Source of the DNA: Octopus sinensis
Taxonomy: Eukaryota
NCBI RefSeq assembly: GCF_006345805.1
Contig: NC_043004.1
Span: 95,170,001 to 95,234,000, forward strand
Reading direction: 5' to 3'
Length of the DNA: 64,000 nucleotides
Part shown: positions 13,595 through 25,038 of the stretch, one piece after another
Position numbering within the stretch: position 1 is the stretch's first letter
Layout: each line of letters starts with the position of its first letter
The notes under the pieces: model-generated
What the model was told of the DNA's origin: nothing
Seen by the model: only the letters and a program-made list of their open reading frames with translations
The model's database searches: none
Made by a program: the position numbers and the translations under genes

Positions 13595-13955
13595 TCTTTT
13601 CTACTCTAGGCACAAGGCCCAACATTTTTAGGGAGGGAGCCAGTCGATTAGATCGATCCCAGTTCGCAAATGGTAACTTAATCTATCGACCCCTCGGCGG
13701 AATTTTAACTCAGAACGTAAAGACAGACAAAATACCTATTTCTTTACTACCCACAAGGGGCTAAACACAGAGAGGACAAACAAGGACAGACAAACGGATT
13801 AAGTCGATTATATCGACCACAGTACGTAATTGGTGCTTAATTTATCGACACCGAAAGGATGAAAGGCAAAATCGACCTCGCGGAATTTGAACTCAGAACG
13901 TAACGGCAGACGAAATACCGCAAAGCATTTCACCCGGCATGCTAACGTTTCTGTA
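13595..13955 (-). mobile_element. SINE family B, internally dimeric
   Basis: Reverse complement of GTTAGCATGCCGGGTGAAATGC...GAGTTCAAATTCCGCGAGGTCGA...GTAGTAAAGAAATAGGTAT with a second partial unit. Confidence 0.85.
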
Positions 13956-14265
13956 GAATGTATACACCATGTTTGCAGAATATGAAATAAATATTTATAG
14001 ATAAATGCTTTTCATTTAACATTGTTTATTTAGCCTTCACTGAGAATGATAACCATTTCAATTATTTGTCGAATTAAAAGTGTCTAATATAACATCCAGT
14101 TTTTGGAAAATGAAAGTAGGTATAAAGTTGATAAATTTTTAATTCTCTCAAAGACTTTAAAATCAAACTGAACAATTTTTTTTTTAACTAATTGTAACAC
14201 TTTAAATTTAAAATGTTACCATTTTGCTGTCAGCAAACCGACGGTTATGGAACTGCTACTATTAC

Positions 14266-14301
<36 letters not shown>

Positions 14302-14318
14302 AAGTGGTAGTGGTGGTG

Positions 14319-14352
<34 letters not shown>

Positions 14353-14479
14353 CAGCAGTAGTAGTAGTAGTTGTAGTAGTGGCTGTGGTAGTTGTTGTTG
14401 TTGGTGTTTCTTTTGTTATTTCGTTTGTTATTCTGCCGATAATGAATTGCTAGATATCAAGCAACATTCTGCAATCTAA

Positions 14480-16400
14480 GGCAGGCAGTGCCTTTCTTAT
14501 AATTCTTTCTGTGCCAAGCAAACAGGGTTTTTTTTTTCTGGAATCAGAAAATTCATTTTGCTACTGAACATATTCAACGAATCATCGAACTTCTTGCAAT
14601 TGTTCTTAAGACTCCTTTTACAACTGGAATAAAGTTAATCTGGTCCAAATTTTCTGAGATTCCAAATTCTCTAAAATTCGTATTTTAATTCTTGGTATTT
14701 CTCTGTTAACTTAGAGTTTTTGTTTACTACTATTGTCTAAACAAAACAAAAATATCGATTAAGCAACATATACTTTCTTTATTATTGATTATGATAATAT
14801 CTAGGTATGAGTGTTTCTTTTGTCTATCTTCATATTCCGTAGTACCTTCTGGTACTCGTTTTCAGGGTCGTGTTCTACTTTACGGTGATACCATTTGCCA
14901 CATGTTTAAATATCCAAATATTTCATAAATTCACTAATGTATGACTATAGCAATTCTGTTGTCTATTAGTTCCGATAAACTCTCTCCAGGGAAAATTTCA
15001 CATTGGGATGGGATGGATGGAAGCACTCCGTCGGTTACGACGACGAGGTTTCCGGTTGATCCGATCAACGGAACAGCCTGCTCGTGAAATTAACGTGTAA
15101 GTGGCTGAGCACTCCACAGACACGTGTACCCTTAACGTAGTTCTCGGGGGTATTCAGCGTGACACAGAGAGTGACAAGGCCGGCCCTTTGAAATACAGGT
15201 ACAACAGAAACAGGAAGTAAGAGTGAGAGAAAGTTGTGGTGAAAGAGTACAGCAGGGATCACCACCATCCCTGCCGGAGTCTCGTGGAGCTTTAGGTGTT
15301 TTCGCTCAATAAACACTCACAACGCCCGGTCTGGGAATCGAAACCGCGATCCTACGACGGTGAGTCCGCTGTCCTAACCACTGGGCCATTGCGCCTCCAT
15401 ACATTGGGATACTACATGTGCAACTGTCTCATCTCATTCAATACACATTCAACATTCAGATGATATGTCTAGCATATTTGTTATTCAGCCTGATGTATTT
15501 TGTTTTAACTCCTTGATTCTGGGTAGCTAAGATCAAGTCCTTTGTGTAATTTTTCACCCATCCACAGCCTAGCTTTTGTTTATCCATCGAAATGACTTCT
15601 CATCTCGATATCCTTCCTTATTTTAGAAAACATATTGTGTAAACTTTTCCGTTCACATCGTTGCTTTCTAGTTCATCATTTTTTCCCCTTCCTTCAGATA
15701 TTATTTCCTCTCTTTGGACTGCTATCGCCGCTTCAAAATAACTTCACCACAATCAGCAACATATCTCCTTAAACTTTCTACCTGTACTCCTAAACATTCT
15801 TCTAGATTTATTAATTTTCTTCATCATTTTTATAATTTCTGCTTAAATACAATCTGTTAGTATCTACATGTGGGTACAAGGCTCTGCAGAGCTTCAACAA
15901 TTCACTTATTGTTCTATCTACCTTCTTAAGACCTTCTTTCGTTCGTTTTATTTCACTGTTGCATTTCATAATGAATACCCTCGAGTTTATTGCACTGGTG
16001 GTACTTATGCCGCTGAGTTTGAATTTTAACATCCTTCTTACCCGTCGGAAATATTCTCTCCTGGTTTTGTCTTTTATTGCTCTAGCCTTTATACTGTTAG
16101 CTTCCTTGACATCAGATATGTTTTTATTGATCTTCTGTATCAGTTTCCTGCATCTTCTTGTTCTATAGATTTAGTCTGTCACTTTTATGATGTTTCTTTT
16201 TTGTTTTTGTCATTACAAGAATCCTACACCTGGAAATACTAAATTTCTTTCTGATATCATTGCTAAATACCGTCACTGTACTGACAAGAGTCTCAAATTC
16301 TCGGTTTTGTCAGATAGCTTTGGTCTTCCATGTAAAGGAAATGGTTATCTATCCCTTGGACAATATTTTCAGCATTTAGTTTTCTTAGTTTAGATTGAGT
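14480..16400 (-). mobile_element. Old degenerate R4/Dong-like element (RT C-terminus, CCHC, RLE), split by a SINE
   Basis: Minus strand gives NHLLYMED.., EYFRRVRRMLKFKLSG..AIN, ALYPHVDTNRLYLSR (ORF 15811-16032), ETVAHVVSQC, PDIIIINNKESICCLID and IPVVKGVLRTI-like motifs, with many stops. Confidence 0.75.
15010..15400 (-). mobile_element. SINE family C (tRNA-Arg-like head), full length
   Basis: Head TGGAGGCGCAATGGCCCAGTGG (A box) and GGTTTCGATTCC (B box); 10-bp TSD ACATTGGGAT at 15000-15009 and 15401-15410. Confidence 0.92.
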
Positions 16401-17734
16401 ATGATAAGCACAGTGCCAAATAGTAAGGGCAATAAGTTGTCACGGTGGTTTCTAAATATAGTATACGATTAGGTATTCAGGTGAGGATTGGGGGTGGAGT
16501 CTATTTCATTTTATCCAGTATTTGAACTTATATTGAGCTGGATATGGACTTAAAAGTAGAATCCATTTAAAGGGCTTCTATATAATTTCCATCCAACCGA
16601 TTCTATTCACAAGAATTGGATCTATCTGAGGCTTTGCTAACAGACGTAACTTCAAGACACCACATGGTAGAGTGGAACTTGAGCCATGATGTTTGCACTC
16701 AAGCGCACATGCGCACACACGCTCACACGTATATTTACACATACAAACAAACATACATACACATATATGAATGAATGTTTACTATATACACACACAACAG
16801 CACTAGGGACTTAAGATATAAAGCTGATCTCTTTGTCCTACAGAAAAACCTCAAAGAAGTATAGTAACAGTACAACTTACAGGTAACACACCCAAAAGTT
16901 AAACCAACAACGACATCATATACATCTCCACACATCCAGATAAAAAAACAACTTTATTTTCACTTATAGAACTAGCACACCTTAACCTGTATAAAATCTA
17001 CAACAAAGTTTGCATTAATGCCCTCAACCCAATTTCTGCATCCTGCACAAAGTATAACCAGCATACCATGTCCTGTATAACATATTTCGAATTTAAGTAG
17101 TGCACATCCGCATCCTACACTTTTCTCTTACGTGTCCATTCCGTGCATCTATTTTTACGCGCAGTAATAATTATTTCATTATCTTCACAACAATATTATT
17201 TTATTAATATTTAATTTATATCATATTGAGTTACCCGTGCAAATAACTAACGGAGTTAGGCATCCAAATATTTATTTATAACTAATATTTCAAAAAATTC
17301 CTATTTTCAGAATATTTACATCTTCATCAACAACCGCTGAAATTTCCTGTCTGCTACGACAAATTTTCTCATTAATGTTTCAAAGCTTAACCAATTGTCA
17401 AACCTTTTTTTTTACAATTAATTACCGAATAACATTTAAATAGATTGCTAAATAATTGCCCAAAATAATTCTTTTTTGTACCTTCCAATGAATTTTCCGT
17501 TCCCTGTTACTGTTTTTCTCATCCCTTACATATTTGTCTGCATAGTTTATTAATTTTCTACTTAATCCTCGCGCTTTCCTTATTTCTATGTCTTTTCTTG
17601 CATGTTCCCTGTTTACAATGACAAAACACCTACGAGATGTTAGATTCGTGCAGCTGCCTGTCTGGTACTTAGAATCAACAAGACAATTATACGAGTAATT
17701 CCATATTGAATGCTTTTATCACCATCATTATAAA

Positions 17735-17806
<72 letters not shown>

Positions 17807-17833
17807 CATTATTATTATTATTATTATTATTAC

Positions 17834-17872
<39 letters not shown>

Positions 17873-17939
17873 TATTATTACTATTATTATTATTATTATT
17901 ATTAATATTATTATTATTACTATTATTATTATTATTATC

Positions 17940-18330
17940 TTTTTTTCCTCTTCTTTCAAATTTGCTTCCATTTCTTGTCGAGTGTCTTCCCCACTCCTAG
18001 GGCAAAGAAACTCATAGTATACATTGGTAGGCCATTAAACCAAACTCAATAGTTCGTTCATTTTCTTAAATTTTCTTTTTTTTTTTTTTAAGTTAAATTA
18101 AAATACATGGGTAGTAATAGTTCTCACATCGACAATGCTCTTCTCAATACGTGTGATGTACCAGTTAAGACAATCTTTTGCACTTCTTGCAGGGATGGTA
18201 AGCCAGGGATCATTCTCATATAATTTTCGGTTCCCTTCTTGATCATTCCTAGTGCTCCTACGATCACTGGTATTGTAACTGCCTTGAGATGCCACATTTT
18301 CTCAATTTAAATGAGCAGGTCTTTATATTT
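17940..18330 (-). mobile_element. R4/Dong-like 3' end, fourth subfamily
   Basis: Minus strand [58 protein letters not shown], then a 3' UTR running into (AAT)n at 17720-17940. Confidence 0.85.
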
Positions 18331-18331
18331 T

Positions 18332-18898
<567 letters not shown>

Positions 18899-18923
18899 TA
18901 ATTTCTCTATCTTATTATTATTA

Positions 18924-19003
<80 letters not shown>

Positions 19004-19004
<1 letters not shown>

Positions 19005-19410
19005 AAGGCGGCGAGCTGGAAGAATCGTTAGCATGCTGGACCAACCGCTAAGCTAAGCTAGCGTTTCTGAGTTCGAATTCTACCAATGTCAACTTTGCTT
19101 TTTATCTTTCGATGAATTGCGTACAGTGAAACATTCTCCCTCAAATTTCAGGCCTTGTGCCTATAATAGAAAGGATTATTATTATTATGAAGGTGGCGAG
19201 CTGGCAGAATTGTTAGAACGCCGGGTGAAATGCTTAGCGGCATTTCGTCTGTCTTTACATATTGAGTTCAAATTCGACCGGGGCCGACTTCGCCTTTCAT
19301 CTTTTGGGGGGACGATAAATTAGATATACCAGTGAAAACACTGGAATCGATGTAATCGACTAGTCCTCTCCGCGCTAATTTCAAGCCTTGTGTTTAGAGC
19401 AGAAAGGATT
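19004..19410 (+). mobile_element. Two diverged SINE family B copies
   Basis: AAGGCGGCGAGCTGG heads near 19005 and 19191, with B-family bodies. Confidence 0.75.
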
Positions 19411-19417
19411 ATTATTA

Positions 19418-19504
<87 letters not shown>

Positions 19505-20022
19505 CATTATTTCAGTTTTACTTCTCAGAGCTTTCCATTTTCCATGCTCCGATTAATTCTGTTGGAGCGGGAAGCAACTTGCTGTCAAAGGTCTCACAGG
19601 ATCTCTCTCTACGATACTTAACACCTAATTATCAATCTCACAATCTCAAAATACTCGTTGTTCTCAGTAGACCAGTTCTTTTTTTTAAAGCAAATCTATA
19701 ACAATCTTAGATTTGGGATTTAGATTCATGCCTTTCTGTATTATGGATTTTGCCTTTTTGCATTTTGCAATTTCCTATGTTTGTAGTTGTATATATTTTC
19801 ATTATCATATATATAATATTCATCCAAAGTTGAACGTCCGAACGTGTTCCTGCTTATGCCTGTATTTCACAAAATATACACAATGACCTCAGGGTCAAAT
19901 GCAGTCTTTTTCATGAAAAGGAAAATTACGATAAAATGTATGCCGCCTAAATTTTACCTATTTTTCATACGATTACTAAAATCTTCATAAACTGAACACA
20001 GGTTCAGTTAAGTATTCGTATT

Positions 20023-20465
20023 GATCTTTTCGGTTTGATCGGCAGTTTTGTTTCTAGCGGTGTCATATGAAATTGTCACCCATAATTATAACCCTAGTAT
20101 CGCTCTATTGCATTTCAATCTGTTTTAGGGTTAGGGTTAGAGTTAGGGTTAGTTAGGGTTAGGGTTAGGTGTGGGGAGAAAGTATCTTTTTTTCTTCAGA
20201 AATGTAAGTAAACCTAATCTGTTTATTAAACGAGGGACATATTCATACGGCACAGAATGTTTTCACCTCAATAGTCGTCAGTGATTGGTTGAAATTGCAG
20301 AAATTGAAGAAAAACAACAACAAATATCTTACAAACTATAGAATTATCTCTATAAAGCCAAGAGAAAAAGATGTTTTATAAACACATTCTACCAGTATAC
20401 GAAGTTTAAAAGTGTTTAGTTACGTGGAAATTATTTTAAAAACTGCCGGTCAAACCGAAAGGATC
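20023..20465. mobile_element. MITE with 27-bp TIRs carrying (TTAGGG)n
   Basis: GATCTTTTCGGTTTGATCGGCAGTTTT (20023-20049) vs reverse complement of 20439-20465, 2 mismatches; telomere-type repeats at 20125-20169. Confidence 0.8.
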
Positions 20466-20528
20466 CTGAATCAGCTTTAACCAGAAATGTCAACTTATTC
20501 AGACTTGTAGAGATTATTAGATTCTAAA

Positions 20529-21039
20529 ATGTTTCTTCTCTTATTCTTATCCGTCTGTGTAACCGGTAAACTTCAAGAATGGTGCAGTTCTCACATTATG
20601 ATATCCAGAAGATATGACAAATCATTTTTAAAAAGGTGTATCGTTTGATAACCGAGGTGGGTGGCGAGAAACCCCCAAGAAGCGGCTCATGCAAATTCAG
20701 ATATCAATACACTGTGTTTCAATTAATGTCCACCAAACAGCATTAAATACTTTTCCGTTTAATTGCAATACACAGAAGTTTGAAATCAACATAATGCATA
20801 CACGTACGAACACGCTCACACACATGTGCATACATATAAATACATGCACGCGCGCGCACGCACAGGCGTAGGAGTGGTTGTATGGTAAGTAGCTTGCTTA
20901 CGAACCACATGGTTCCGGGTTCAGTCCTACTGCGTGGCACCTTGGACAAGTGCCTTCTACTATAGCCTCGGGCCGACCAAAGCCTTGTGAGTGGATTTGG
21001 TAGACGGAAACTGAAAGAAGCCCGTCGTATATATGTATA

Positions 21040-21082
<43 letters not shown>

Positions 21083-22149
21083 GTTTGGGTCTATATGTTT
21101 CTGCGTCTGTGTTTGTTCCCCCAACATCGCTTGACAACCGATGCTGGTGTGTTTACGTCCCCGTAACTTAGTGATTCGGCAAAAGCTCTCTATCACAAAA
21201 TAAAAGCAAAAAATGAACTTGAAAAAGCAAAATAAGTGAATAGAGTATTCCATGAAAACTTCTTTTTATGTAATTATCGAATGTGAAGGACGGAAAGGTG
21301 TAGGGTCGTGCAGAAGTTTACTTATGTGGCTATTAAGAGTCTAAATTCTTTACTTCATAATCTCAATGTTTATGCAATTATGTTCTTCAAAATATTCTTC
21401 GAAAACGTTTATTTAATTCGTAGTCATTCTACAACGTTAATGCTATATCGTTTTCCATACAATATTTTTTAAAGCAAATATAGAAAACATAGTTTGAAAA
21501 TACATAATCATTTTCGTATGTTATCGTTTGAATATTTTCTTGTTTTTTTTTCTGTAGCAGTGAGTGTGCGAGGATTAACTAGTATATTTATCATTTATTT
21601 TAGTTCTCAAAACTAGCATCAGTCTAAGTCTCAAAAGTATTAACTTCACGTTGCTATTTCTTGTTCAATACAGTCATGTTCACAAAATTAATCGTATACT
21701 TTACATATTAAAAATAAAACAAGTAAAACATTAATAAGTTAAATGTATTTATTCAGGTTTGATATGAGTTACATGGGGTTATAGAGAGTGAAAATGTAAC
21801 CAAAACAGCAGAACATTTATGTTGTTATGTTTCAGAAGACAACGTTTGCCCAGCGGATAATTTAAAACTTTTTGAGGTAGGCTGATGTTTTGTTTTTTAT
21901 ATTTTGTTTTTTATATCTTAAAATATTTCTATGAAAAACATTTACTAAGGACATTTTGATAAGATAAATGTCATACGTAATTTTCATATAAATTTTGGCA
22001 AACACCACTAAAATGTATATTGTTAATTACTGATAAAATTTCTTGATGTCTATATTTACAATTAGGTATGATAGCTATTTAAATTTTTCTCGTATAAATA
22101 TTATTAAATTTGTTGACGTGTTCCTTTATAGCAGTGCATGACAGTTTGA
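20529..22149 (+). CDS. Candidate 4-exon gene for a 39-aa secreted two-cysteine peptide (exons 20529-20565, 21558-21581, 21836-21876, 22132-22149)
   Basis: Hand-spliced at canonical AG/GT sites with compatible phases 1,1,0: MFLLLFLSVCVTAVSVRG-LTKDNVCPADNLKLFEQCMTV*. AAAATG start context; signal-peptide-like N-terminus. No transcript or homology evidence available. Confidence 0.35.
20865..21185 (+). mobile_element. SINE family A, 3'-truncated
   Basis: GGCGTAGGAGTGGTTGTATGGTAAG head, GGTTCAGTCC B-box-like motif, internal (TA)n. Confidence 0.88.
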
Positions 22150-22276
22150 ATAATTCAAAACTCAGGAATCAATAGGTATTATATTTCTTTGTAAGGGATG
22201 ATCACATTCTAATATATTATGAAAACAACTGGACAACAGCTTGCTGAATTATCTTTTCAAATGGGGTGAATACACA

Positions 22277-22587
<311 letters not shown>

Positions 22588-22689
22588 ATATATTCAACCA
22601 CGTGCTTTCACAAACCAACTTTCTCATCTATATATATATATATATATATACAGCTCCAGTTAAATTTCAAAGGATATTAAAGAGAACGA

Positions 22690-23290
22690 ATTAGACCGTA
22701 AATTAAGATTTTAATTTTTTAACTAAGGTAGGAATATATTTGTCTAGAATATTTTTACCAAGTACACCGATGTCAGAGCTAGAAGGACAAATAAGTCGTA
22801 AGGATGGGTTATTAAAACAATTTTGTTTGTGATCTTTTAAAATAAAACGAGTTTGCTTAGGATCAAGGGGTTCTGTCTTCATCTATGCCATATTTCTCCA
22901 TTATTTTCTTAGCCTGAAGATTGGCTTTCCTGATTGCACTTTTACCGGTAATCCTATAATTCTTTTGTTTTTCTTTTTTAAGCAATTCTAGGTAACAGTC
23001 CTTGGTAAGTGTGTACAAGTTACTTGTTTTATCCGATTGAACCAGTATAGCATCCATGCTATGAATTTCTCTGGTGATATTGTGAAGATAACTCAGATGT
23101 TTATTTCTTAAGAGTGAACGGTGGAATTTCACGTTCCTCACGATAGACTAGATATCATCTTCAAACTGTTTCAATCTTCTGTACGCAACCAGCTACATGC
23201 AAATAACGAAATTTTCTATATAAATTGCAATTTCTGTCTGTTACCATCTTACTGCCTAAACTAGAGAACCAATATTCACCAAACTTTGCA
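22690..23290 (-). mobile_element. Penelope-like element reverse transcriptase N-terminal fragment
   Basis: Minus strand FEDDI..IVRNVKF, VQSDKTSNLYTL (ORF 22863-23141), FILKDHKQNCFNNPSLRLICPSSSDIG: matches the ADKT..Y and ITLKDHK..NP.CRLINP motifs of PLE RTs. Confidence 0.75.
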
Positions 23291-24451
23291 TACATGTTAC
23301 ACTGACATTCAGTTCAATAATAGGCTAATTGGATTTCAAAAAAAAGCTATAATGTGCCCCCTAGAAGGGTTGGGCGAATTGTGTGATAAAATGAGAAGGG
23401 AGCAAAAAGTATTAGTTTGCGGGAAACGTCGTAACAAAGTGAGTGTAATTGATATAAGGGAAGGGGAAAGCATCGTTCTGTAAGCGACAAACATGGAGTG
23501 GCAATAGGATAGTAATGTTATTACAGCTGCCAAATACACGCAATACCTCTTACATACTTTCGTAAATACATAGAAGCACTCATACACATACACACAACTA
23601 ACCTTTAAAACGCCGACGAAGGGAGAGAAAGGTTGGTGTGAGAAATACGTAACTTTAAGGCGGCTTTTCTACACACAGACATACATATATACACATACAT
23701 ACGTACATACATATGTCTACACGATTTCCAACTAGTGATTATCTGTGTGTACGTTTGTAAATGTGTGTGTGTATGTGTGTGTTTCACGTTCTATAACTGT
23801 CTGCCTCTCTTCTTTTGTAGGGGTCTTCCCTGTTGCTATCACATATTGTGAGATTTTTAAATTACGTTAAAAATTTCAAATTTGGTATACTGAAATAATT
23901 TTGCACGTTAGATCCGATTTTGTTATTTATTTTGTTCCAGAAAATTTGCAGAAAAATGTTACTGGGGTTTAAATTTTAATTAATTTTACCTAATCAACGG
24001 CCGTACATCAGCTTGGCCGCAGCTCTGAGCTGAAATCAGAGAGAAAAAATCAGAAAACAGGATCTGGAAGCTGGCATTCTCTGCATGATAACTGTCTATT
24101 ACAAAATGAAAGCAAAATCATTAAAAGGAGGACATTTTATTAAACAAATGAAGCAAAGCATTACAATGACTAGAATTGTAAGAACCTACGAAGTTTTAAT
24201 AAGTTTTAATGAATAAAGTCATGTGAAACTGTCGTGCAAAATTGCAAATAATTAAAAAAGCAAAAATTGCAGAAATCTCTCCTGATCAAGAGGACTATCT
24301 GTCAGGGAAGGTATGCTTTGACATGGAATAAACAAAACTTTTTATAAGATATTCTAATGTAAAAACTTCCTGGAAACGACGGGATATTCAGCTAGTTTAT
24401 TATAATCGGACTAAGCGAGACCGAGTTTATTGAGCGAGGTACCTTTTGAAA

Positions 24452-24559
24452 AGTCACCTGATGAGACACATCTGAACCGAAGGATGCACCACAACCAGTT
24501 GTTCAGGATCTCACCCACGAGGGACCGATACATTAGGGGTCGAAACGACCGTAGTGATT
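24452..24559 (+). ncRNA. Type-I hammerhead ribozyme, intact core, long stem II insertion
   Basis: Stem I AGTCAC/GTGATT; core CTGATGA (24458-24464); stem II GAC/GTC; GAAA (24542-24545); stem III AC-GACC-GT; cleavage triplet GUA after 24553. Confidence 0.75.
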
Positions 24560-24651
24560 AATAAAGAATCTCTTGAATTCTATTTTTTCTCTCTCTCATT
24601 TGTTATATATCTTCTATCCTTTACTTGTTTCAGTCAATTAACTGCCGCCAT

Positions 24652-24860
24652 AAGGCGGCGAGCTGGCAGAATCGTTATCACGCCGGGGGAAATGCTAAGT
24701 ACCTTTTCGTCTGTCTTTACGTTCTGAGTTCAAATTCCGCCGAGGTCGACTTTGTCTTTCATCCTTTCGAGGTCGATAAATTAAGTACTAGTTGCGTACT
24801 GGGGTCGAACTAATCGACTGTCCCCCCCCCAAAAAAAAAATTTTCGGGCCTTGTGCCCAA
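24652..24860 (+). mobile_element. SINE family B
   Basis: TAAGGCGGCGAGCTGGCAGAATCG head and canonical body. Confidence 0.85.
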
Positions 24861-25038
24861 AGAATGACACATATGAAACACCTTTACATGTCTTTTCCAG
24901 GTGGTGCTATTAAGTTAGATATGACCTGGGTCAATACTGGCCGAAATTTATCTAAGTATTTAAGTATCTGAGTATAACATATATGTCATAATATTTACGT
25001 ATAAATTATACATTTAGAAGCATGGATTCCAAGACAAA

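Noticed and set aside
15330-15400. tRNA-like sequences at SINE heads (also 20865, 38925, 51645, 53743, 59100, 62877)
   Set aside because: A and B boxes are present, but there is no complete acceptor stem and each continues into a repeat body with a TSD; these are SINE heads, not tRNA genes.
16950-17700. Possible RTE-type RT remnants (also 32880-33110, 52060-52460, 55700-56300)
   Set aside because: Only faint motif echoes across many stops; too degenerate to call without a search.
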